DNA of 64,000 nt from an uncultured virus (IMG/VR IMGVR_UViG_3300034106_004008). Lineage: Duplodnaviria; Heunggongvirae; Uroviricota; Caudoviricetes. Numbering within the stretch: position 1 is the first letter of the stretch; every line of letters begins with the position of its first letter. Where the stretch lies: positions 1 through 64,000 of the IMG/VR virus record IMGVR_UViG_3300034106_004008; one strand, given 5' to 3'. A model generated the notes under the pieces. That model saw only the letters and a list, made by a program, of their open reading frames with translations, was not told the origin of the DNA and ran no database searches. Positions 57,254 through 64,000 of the stretch are shown piece by piece. Made by a program: the position numbers and the translations under genes.

Positions 57254-57838
57254 ATGGCTAAATACAGAATAACCGAAGACCAATTACAAAAATTGTTCGA
57301 GAAATTAGAAATGAAGAGAGTTCAAGAGATGGATAATTATAATTACCCAGCTGGCTCAGATACGCCAGACGCCCCATGGAATCAAAGTGATCCGCATATG
57401 AGTGATGCAATAACAGCTAGTGGTGATTATGAATTAGTTAGTGTTACTAGTGGTGAATACCTTTTAAAAAACAAAAAAACTAACGAATTGTTATATACAA
57501 TGGATGAAGTTTGGGATGATCAAAACAGCGACATAAAAGATGAATTATGGGACTTTTTAGAAAGGGCTCAAGAAGAGGATGAGGATGAGGATGGTAAATA
57601 TTTAACAACCGCTAGTGATTGGAAGGAATATGTAGATGATGACCAAATTGGTGATGCTTTGGAGAGTTATTTAAATTATCATACTAAAAAGGGTAAAAAC
57701 TTAGGTATTGGTAATATGGATGAGTGGACTACTGGCGCTGCATTTTTCCTAATTGTTACATGTGAAAATGTTGATGACGAGGATGGGATTTACAACGAAA
57801 ACTTGCGCAATGAAGCAAAACAAACGCTTGGTTGTTAA
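57254..57838 (+). CDS. putative virion protein (YRITE.Q N-terminus, NYPAG..DAPWN)
   Basis: TATTTAT upstream; acidic. Confidence 0.7.
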   Translation: MAKYRITEDQLQKLFEKLEMKRVQEMDNYNYPAGSDTPDAPWNQSDPHMSDAITASGDYELVSVTSGEYLLKNKKTNELLYTMDEVWDDQNSDIKDELWDFLERAQEEDEDEDGKYLTTASDWKEYVDDDQIGDALESYLNYHTKKGKNLGIGNMDEWTTGAAFFLIVTCENVDDEDGIYNENLRNEAKQTLGC

Positions 57839-58233
57839 GCTAAATCTTTAAATAAATCAGTTTGATCTTTGGGTACCTCAACATAAGCATGGGTGTAACC
57901 TAAATTCTTTAAAGCAACCATTCTGTGTCTACCATTTTTTATACCTAATTTACCGTTAGATATACTTGTTTCGGTTGGTTCAAACATCATAGTGTACGAC
58001 CACCTCTCACCCGTTTTTGGATGAATTGATCTGGGATCTTCTGAAAACTTTTCAATGTAATCCATTGAGTTTTTAATTCTACCCTGACTAAATAATAATT
58101 TTGTATCTGGCCCAACATAAAAATCTGGGTCATCTTTTTTTAAACGATTTAAAAATTTATCAACGTCAACAAGTATTAAGGTATTTCTACCTGGATAATT
58201 AATTGCGTACCTTTCTTTTGGTATAAATTTCAT
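57835..58233 (-). CDS. ParB/sulfiredoxin-like domain protein
   Basis: IKNGRHRMVALKNLG motif. Confidence 0.6.
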   Translation of the reverse strand: MKFIPKERYAINYPGRNTLILVDVDKFLNRLKKDDPDFYVGPDTKLLFSQGRIKNSMDYIEKFSEDPRSIHPKTGERWSYTMMFEPTETSISNGKLGIKNGRHRMVALKNLGYTHAYVEVPKDQTDLFKDLA

Positions 58234-58298
58234 TTTACAAATTTAGTTATAAATATCTGAACAAATGCGATTGTAGAGATATTTATAATAAAAAGGAT

Positions 58299-58838
58299 AT
58301 GATCACAACTAAAAAAGATTTGGTGGAATTATTCCACGAAAATAGTCCAAAAATGGAAAGTGAAGAAATCAAAAAAGAATCTGGTTTTACGAATAAAACA
58401 ATCGCATCTTTAATAGATGAGGTTTGCAATATGCAAACTGGTTATGGTATAATCGATGACTTGAGTTTTGTTGATGAACGTTTATATGAGGGCGTTTTAA
58501 CCGAAATAGCTTTAGAAAAAATTGTTAACGAAGCTTTGTATGAATATTATACAATGACGGAAAATTTAGATGAGGCTGAATATAAAGGTAGAAAGGTAAG
58601 TTTGGGTAAGATTATGCGTGGTGATCGTAAAAAATATAAAGTACACGTTAAAAACGCTAAGGGTAATGTTGTAAAAGTTGAATTTGGTGACCCTAATATG
58701 GAAATCAAAAGGGATAACCCTAGACGTAGAAAAAACTTCAGAGCAAGACACCATTGCGATAACCCAGGCCCAAGATGGAAAGCGAGATACTGGGCTTGCA
58801 GAACATGGTCAACAAAACCAGTTTCAAAAATGGTGTAA
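58299..58838 (+). CDS. phage protein with basic C-terminal domain (FGDPNM..RRKNFRARH.C..YWAC)
   Basis: recurrent phage domain after LDEAE. Confidence 0.75.
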   Translation: MITTKKDLVELFHENSPKMESEEIKKESGFTNKTIASLIDEVCNMQTGYGIIDDLSFVDERLYEGVLTEIALEKIVNEALYEYYTMTENLDEAEYKGRKVSLGKIMRGDRKKYKVHVKNAKGNVVKVEFGDPNMEIKRDNPRRRKNFRARHHCDNPGPRWKARYWACRTWSTKPVSKMV

Positions 58839-58839
58839 T

Positions 58840-59106
58840 ATGAATCCATTTACACTTAGTAAAGGTAAGATAATCGAAATGGTTAATGAGTACTCCTTCA
58901 ATGGTAAATATGAAGGGGATATGGTTAGAGTTGGCTCTTTTAGGAGAAGAGATCTACCTAATGCGATTATGACAAATGTTTTAAAGGCAATTACTAATAC
59001 AACAGGCCAAAGAGCAACTTCAGTAAAATATAAAAAAGGTGCCTACGATGATGTTGAAATTAGATTATTTGGGCAGTTGTTAACCTATTTATCTGGTAGA
59101 TGGTAA
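58840..59106 (+). CDS. hypothetical protein
   Basis: ATG 58840 just after previous stop. Confidence 0.6.
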   Translation: MNPFTLSKGKIIEMVNEYSFNGKYEGDMVRVGSFRRRDLPNAIMTNVLKAITNTTGQRATSVKYKKGAYDDVEIRLFGQLLTYLSGRW

Positions 59107-59107
59107 T

Positions 59108-59533
59108 TTAAAAAGTAATTTTACACCTACCGATGTATTTTGATTTATCTAGATCAATTTTTTCGTTGGGGTAATCTTCTTCATCAAACCATTCCAAACC
59201 ACAATTAACACTCGACCCAAAAATTAAATTCGAGTATTTTTCCATAAAACTTTCGTCTTTACCAATCGGTATATCTATCTCAACACCAGATAATTTTATA
59301 AAAGTATATTCGGATTTATTGGTTCCACCATCGATTGCTTTGCCAAAAACATATTTAATGTTGTCTTTGTGTTCAATAAAATTAGCGAATAAATTTTTGT
59401 AGTTAATTTTTAGATTACAAACAATATTCTGGTGGTATGCCATACAGAGATACTCCGCCACAACAAACGGTACTTTGTAATTGTATAAACTTACAATACT
59501 ATCAATTCTATCACTAATCGTTGCTAACGACAC
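59108..59533 (-). CDS. hypothetical protein
   Basis: overlaps the kinase gene end. Confidence 0.65.
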   Translation of the reverse strand: MSLATISDRIDSIVSLYNYKVPFVVAEYLCMAYHQNIVCNLKINYKNLFANFIEHKDNIKYVFGKAIDGGTNKSEYTFIKLSGVEIDIPIGKDESFMEKYSNLIFGSSVNCGLEWFDEEDYPNEKIDLDKSKYIGRCKITF

Positions 59534-60083
59534 TATCAGGCAATAACAAATCTATTTTATTGTATAACTCATCTAAGGTACCTTCATTATTGAGAATGTT
59601 GGTCACACCCTCAATTAAATCCATTTCTTTCTCAGATGCATGTTCGTCACCGCCGTTTAAGTTAGGACGTTCAACTCTCCAAACAGTACCACCCATTTTT
59701 AAAATAGCGTCAACTTCATGCTGAAATCTAACATCACAAATCACAACATCCAGGTTTTTATTTTTTTGATACCACTGTTCAAATCTCTTAACCCAAAACC
59801 CACGACCAATGGATTTTAATTCTGGGATGTATTCTGGCATATCATATTGGAATACTTCAGTTCCCATGATTTGTAAAACGAGTCTTGGTGTTATTCCCCA
59901 GGTTGGGTCAATAACGTCTTTTGCGTCACCAAATACTTGATCTTCAGTGAACCCGAACAATTCCATAGCCCCACGTTTTATTGGGTTTGCAAAACTGTAT
60001 TTTGTAAAATTTTTATTTTGTACAAGATAATCGCCAGATGTATCTTTACCTGAGCGTTTTTTTCCGATTATTCCAATTAACAT
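59514..60083 (-). CDS. deoxynucleoside monophosphate kinase (T4 gp1-like)
   Basis: GKKRSGKDT P-loop, SFANPIK, PRLVLQIMGTE, DVRFQHE, HASE. Confidence 0.9.
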   Translation of the reverse strand: MLIGIIGKKRSGKDTSGDYLVQNKNFTKYSFANPIKRGAMELFGFTEDQVFGDAKDVIDPTWGITPRLVLQIMGTEVFQYDMPEYIPELKSIGRGFWVKRFEQWYQKNKNLDVVICDVRFQHEVDAILKMGGTVWRVERPNLNGGDEHASEKEMDLIEGVTNILNNEGTLDELYNKIDLLLPDSVVSND

Positions 60084-60166
60084 ATGTGTAATTTATTTAC
60101 ACAAGAATAATAAAAAAAAATGATATAAACAAATAAAAAAGGCCAGAAATTTCTGGCCTTTTTCTA

Positions 60167-63100
60167 TTAGATTGTTGGAATCTGTTTTTGTCCGTTTTTA
60201 CTGATGTCATCAAGAAGTTGTTTCATAACCTCCATCATATTAGTGGAATCCAATTTCATATCAGTGTTTCTACTAATGATCTGAGCGGCTTTTTGTGCCA
60301 GTGCTATTCTTGCGGATTGATTGATTTTTGATAAATCATAATTACCAACCGTATCTGGTAAAAACCTTTCTGGTGTACCTGGATTAAACTGTGGGGCCTG
60401 AGCTTGTTGTTGACCTTGTGGTTCTTGACCTTGCCCTTCAGCACCAGATTTTATGTCTCTTAACATTCTTCTGTACGCTGTAACATCCATATCGGCACGA
60501 TTAATTAATTGAACCATTTTTTGTTGTGGTACATTAGCCAGTGCGCCCAAAACTGTTTGTAAAAAGTTTGCTAATTTAACGCGATTTACTTGTTGACCAT
60601 ATGCTTGTTTATACTCAGAAGCTATCTTAGTGCTTAAATCTGGTACAACTCTAGCTAATTGGGTGAAAATTCTACCACTATCGCTATTTTTTACAGCATC
60701 TTGTCTACCTTGTTCCATTTCAGGTTGGTTTTCACCAAACTCTTTTAGAACACTTTCAATTATTGAATTTAGGTTGTCATGTGCTTCAATTAATTCCATT
60801 AATTCAATAGATTCTTCAAGACGTAAAGGTTCTCTTCTAAAATCTAAATCTGTGAATCCATCGCCTTGTTGTCCACTTTGTCCAGAGCCAGTTCCTTGTC
60901 CAGATCCACCACCTTGATTTGATCCACCTTGTCCAGTTCCAGTTCCTTGACCAGATCCACCACCTTGTTGTCCGCCTTGTCCAGTTCCAGTTCCTTGACC
61001 AGATCCACCACCTTGTTGTCCACCTTGTCCAGAGCCACGATTTGATCCAGATGTTAAACCACCCTTTTTGGCCAAATCGATTAAATATGAAAATATTGCA
61101 TAAAAACTTTTGATCAGGTTAGGAAAGTTTTGTAAGAACTCTCTTCTTGCGTTATAAACAGCGTTTGCTTGCGATTTACTTGGGGTTCTTACAGCAGCCT
61201 CTGATAGTTTATTGATGCCAATGTTTTTAAGTTGATCCATTATGTTATTACCATTCTTAAATTGAGTGGCGTAAACAGCTTTATTAAAATCACTTACAAA
61301 TATTTTTAAACTTTTTGGGTCAGATTTCAATAATTCGTTAATATCAATACCAACAACTTTATCATCGGTAATTTTATTAAATATTGGATTTGATTTTGCT
61401 TGTGCAACAAGTTTGTTTAAATTCTTATCACCAGAATTAAACTTATTAATCATTTTAATCAAATTACTTAAACGCATAACATGTGTTTTAAATAATTTTA
61501 ATTGATTTTGACTTAACCCTATGTCGGCTAAGCCTTTATCACTTGTATCAACATTAGTCGCTCTTGTGTTAATCGATCTCATTAAGCTACTATCAGCTTC
61601 TGCTAACATATCCATGTCACATAATGATTCGTATAACTTCAAATCCTCTTCCATTAATTTAAGGATATCGTCAATGTCATTAGGTTGTGTTACTTTACTA
61701 GTTACACGTCCACCACCGCTATATTGTTTAGTTGCATTTCCGCTACCGCCTTTTCCGTAGGTATCAGTGTTTGTTTGCGCTTTGAAATTAAAAATGTCCT
61801 GAAAATATTTTTTAAGATTGTCGTAAAGTTGCTTGTTATTTCCACCACCTTGTTGTTTATTATCTCCACCATCATCTTTGTTAGGATCATCAACAACATC
61901 TGGGTTATCTTTTGTACCTTCAATAGGTCTGATATATTGAACCAAATCATTCATTATTTGTGCACGTGATGATTTTCTACCTTTGTATCTACCCAATGCC
62001 GTTGCAACCGCACCAGCGGCTAACAAAATACCTAAACCCTTTAATATTGGTGCGGCAACAATTGCTTTAGCACTTTTAATTGTGGTTGTTTTTGCAACCC
62101 AAGTTGTGAAGGCCTTAGTTACCATACCAACTAAGTTACCGCCAGACACCGTAACTAAAGTGTCACCAGCCATTTTACCCGTACCAGCCCAAGTTCCAGT
62201 AAAAACTTGTTTTAAGGTTGTTCCATGTTCAGTTGGGTTTGCAACGATAGCTGATAATGTTTCTTTAGCCGCAACTGGATCTCTGAATATACCACCTTGT
62301 TGTGTTATAATATCAACACCAGTTTGTGCATTACCACCACCTAAAGTTTTAAGTGCTTCTACAACATCATTTGGGTTAGAGGTTGGGCTTAAACTAAGAC
62401 CCAAAGTTCTATTCATGATTTGAGTCATACCCTCACCTGGTTTTATATTACCAAGTAATTCCTGAGTTGTTTGTTTGACCGTTTCTGGTGTCATTGTGGT
62501 AATCTTTTCTGGTGGGAAAATATATTCAATTAACCAACTCAGGGCACCAAATGACGCTCCAGCGCCTAATAAAGCCAATGGTAATTTCCACGACTTTAAA
62601 GTTTTCATTCTTTCTGTATTATACGCTTTTAAATCACCACTTTTAATTGCTGCTTTAGTGTCAGCAAATTTACCAGCAACTTTAGCTTTAGTTGCATCTA
62701 AATCAGCTTCATATAATTCATCTTGACCATCTTTTCTAACGATCCTATTACCATTGAGTTTAAATTGAGAATTCAACCAATTACAAAGTTGTTCGGCTGA
62801 TTGACCGTGTGGTCTTACACCATAAACACCTTTGTACATATCACTATAAAAACCATAATCACTTTCAACTTCATCGGGTGTAATCCAATTTTCAGTACCA
62901 ATTTCCTCATTCTCATTAAACACACTAAACGCAGCTGTTAAATCAACATCTAAATATTTTTGTGTGTAAGCTCTTAAATCCTCAATAATCGCATTTGCGG
63001 CATCAACTGGTAGATAACCTTTATCGTTTGGTTTTAACTTAGTTGCAGCCACTAATGAATCATATAAAGTTGCAATTTCAATAATAGTATCCAAAAACTG

Positions 63101-63424
63101 TTGTTGACTTTTGTTATTAGGAAATTCTGGATTAGATTGTTTGATACTTCTATCTAATTCTTTGATTTTTTCATTACCTACTTTATCAAGTAAGGCTGTT
63201 ATCTGTGCTAAAGCCTTAGCATCGGTTTGTGATTTACCGAATATTTTACCACCAGCTTTATATCTACCCAATTTTGATAAGGCATATTTTACATTTTCCC
63301 AGGTACCTTCATTTAAAAGTTCATTTATTTCTAAATTAAGTAACTCGGACTCAGATAACAAAGGAAGACCCATATGTCTTCTCATGTCATTTACTTCATT
63401 TAATACATTTGGTTTTGTTGCCAT
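60167..63424 (-). CDS. large putative virion-internal / ejection protein with hydrophobic helices and Gly-Gln repeats
   Basis: 1085 aa; N-terminal LNEVNDMRRHMGL tag; two hydrophobic segments. Confidence 0.75.
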   Translation of the reverse strand: MATKPNVLNEVNDMRRHMGLPLLSESELLNLEINELLNEGTWENVKYALSKLGRYKAGGKIFGKSQTDAKALAQITALLDKVGNEKIKELDRSIKQSNPEFPNNKSQQQFLDTIIEIATLYDSLVAATKLKPNDKGYLPVDAANAIIEDLRAYTQKYLDVDLTAAFSVFNENEEIGTENWITPDEVESDYGFYSDMYKGVYGVRPHGQSAEQLCNWLNSQFKLNGNRIVRKDGQDELYEADLDATKAKVAGKFADTKAAIKSGDLKAYNTERMKTLKSWKLPLALLGAGASFGALSWLIEYIFPPEKITTMTPETVKQTTQELLGNIKPGEGMTQIMNRTLGLSLSPTSNPNDVVEALKTLGGGNAQTGVDIITQQGGIFRDPVAAKETLSAIVANPTEHGTTLKQVFTGTWAGTGKMAGDTLVTVSGGNLVGMVTKAFTTWVAKTTTIKSAKAIVAAPILKGLGILLAAGAVATALGRYKGRKSSRAQIMNDLVQYIRPIEGTKDNPDVVDDPNKDDGGDNKQQGGGNNKQLYDNLKKYFQDIFNFKAQTNTDTYGKGGSGNATKQYSGGGRVTSKVTQPNDIDDILKLMEEDLKLYESLCDMDMLAEADSSLMRSINTRATNVDTSDKGLADIGLSQNQLKLFKTHVMRLSNLIKMINKFNSGDKNLNKLVAQAKSNPIFNKITDDKVVGIDINELLKSDPKSLKIFVSDFNKAVYATQFKNGNNIMDQLKNIGINKLSEAAVRTPSKSQANAVYNARREFLQNFPNLIKSFYAIFSYLIDLAKKGGLTSGSNRGSGQGGQQGGGSGQGTGTGQGGQQGGGSGQGTGTGQGGSNQGGGSGQGTGSGQSGQQGDGFTDLDFRREPLRLEESIELMELIEAHDNLNSIIESVLKEFGENQPEMEQGRQDAVKNSDSGRIFTQLARVVPDLSTKIASEYKQAYGQQVNRVKLANFLQTVLGALANVPQQKMVQLINRADMDVTAYRRMLRDIKSGAEGQGQEPQGQQQAQAPQFNPGTPERFLPDTVGNYDLSKINQSARIALAQKAAQIISRNTDMKLDSTNMMEVMKQLLDDISKNGQKQIPTI
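60870..61040 (-). repeat. in-frame 48-bp tandem repeat (GQGGQQGGGSGQGTGT) x~3
   Basis: visible in DNA and translation. Confidence 0.85.
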
Positions 63425-63431
63425 GTTTAAC

Positions 63432-64000
63432 TTATTGTTTATTTAAATTATTCTTTACGTTTTGTCTTGCTCTCTCCAGAATTGAAATTATTCTTTGTTC
63501 CATTAAAACCTCACCACCATGTTCGGTTTCATGTTTAACCAAAGCATCATAAATCTTATCACCAAAATATTCGAGATCATCTTTTGAATTTAAACTAGGT
63601 CTCGCCTTAAATTGATTTTCGTTTAATAATATTTTTAGTTTTTGAATAAATTCATTTGAATCATTATAATCATGAATAAAAACATAAGCAGCTTCGCAAA
63701 AATCAAATGCAATCTCTTCTGGATTATTTCTCATCTCGTAATTCAAGTCAGCCATATCTAAAATATGTATAACTGTTTTATCAGATAATAAAGATTCGTA
63801 AAAATTAGATTCTGAATCACCATCTTCACCTTCGGTTACTGGTTCTTCAGCTGGAGTTTCAGTCGGAACCTCTTCTTGTGGTTCCTGGTCTTTATTCTCA
63901 ATTTTATTCATAATATCAGTTTTATCCTCGTCACTTAATTTATTGATATCGGTTGCTGATATAATTGAATTTAATGTGTATTTAATATCCTCTGGTTCGA
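63432..64000 (-). CDS. acidic hypothetical protein, 5' end outside window
   Basis: frame stays open from 63911 to the window edge (EPEDIKYTLNSIISATD...). Confidence 0.75.
   Translation of the reverse strand, partial: EPEDIKYTLNSIISATDINKLSDEDKTDIMNKIENKDQEPQEEVPTETPAEEPVTEGEDGDSESNFYESLLSDKTVIHILDMADLNYEMRNNPEEIAFDFCEAAYVFIHDYNDSNEFIQKLKILLNENQFKARPSLNSKDDLEYFGDKIYDALVKHETEHGGEVLMEQRIISILERARQNVKNNLNKQ

Larger units (their letters stand above)
10509..58286. promoter_or_regulatory. TATTTAT motif, probable phage late promoter
   Basis: on the coding strand mostly 5-36 nt before ATG (100 nt for 56285): + 10509, 43604, 44446, 47051, 49673, 52220, 55639, 56285, 57232, 58280; - 15547, 46733, 49640, 51427, 51782, 58249. 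Confidence 0.7.

Noticed and set aside
1..64000. Numerous short antisense or alternate-frame ORFs in the track
   Set aside because: Shadow ORFs nested in better-supported genes, with no promoter or leader
1..64000. Stop-codon reassignment as in some large Bacteroidetes phages
   Set aside because: Genes tile densely and conserved enzymes are full length under the standard code
1..64000. tRNA or rRNA genes
   Set aside because: No convincing cloverleaf with a T-loop or rRNA-like stretch seen by eye; tRNAscan-SE would be decisive

Overview
This is an AT-rich, gene-dense segment of a large (probably jumbo) dsDNA phage of a Bacteroidetes host. The host is inferred from about 60 Bacteroidetes-type TTTG-N20-TAnnTTTG promoters and A-rich leaders without Shine-Dalgarno sequences. 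It has three zones. (1) 1-9.8 kb: a + strand run of small hypothetical genes, plus a lipoprotein tyrosinase and an isolated ABC transmembrane domain. (2) 10.1-42.7 kb: an array of mostly single-gene cassettes, each with its own copy of a ~32-bp promoter and often a GGGG/CCCC terminator, diverging at ~23.9 kb. It includes Gp88-like, DUF1281/YubB-like, DUF932-like, DUF4241-like, SprT-like and ParB-like genes and four apparently non-coding cassettes. A GAATTC/GATC-rich block with a 24-bp-period array marks its left edge, and a DnaA-box hairpin plus G/C-run junction marks its right edge. (3) 43.6-64 kb: genes behind a TATTTAT motif (probable late promoter) encoding proteins that share a LNE-x-I-x-R-M-x-x-(I/M)-G tag, including an ADP-ribosyltransferase, a ParB/NUDIX multidomain protein and a GNAT. 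These are interspersed with a UvrD helicase, a dNMP kinase and an aaRS-II-like asparagine synthetase candidate preceded by an Asn5 leader peptide and terminator. No rRNA, tRNA or CRISPR array was recognised. Family names come from motif recognition only, not database searches, and motif counts were made by eye.
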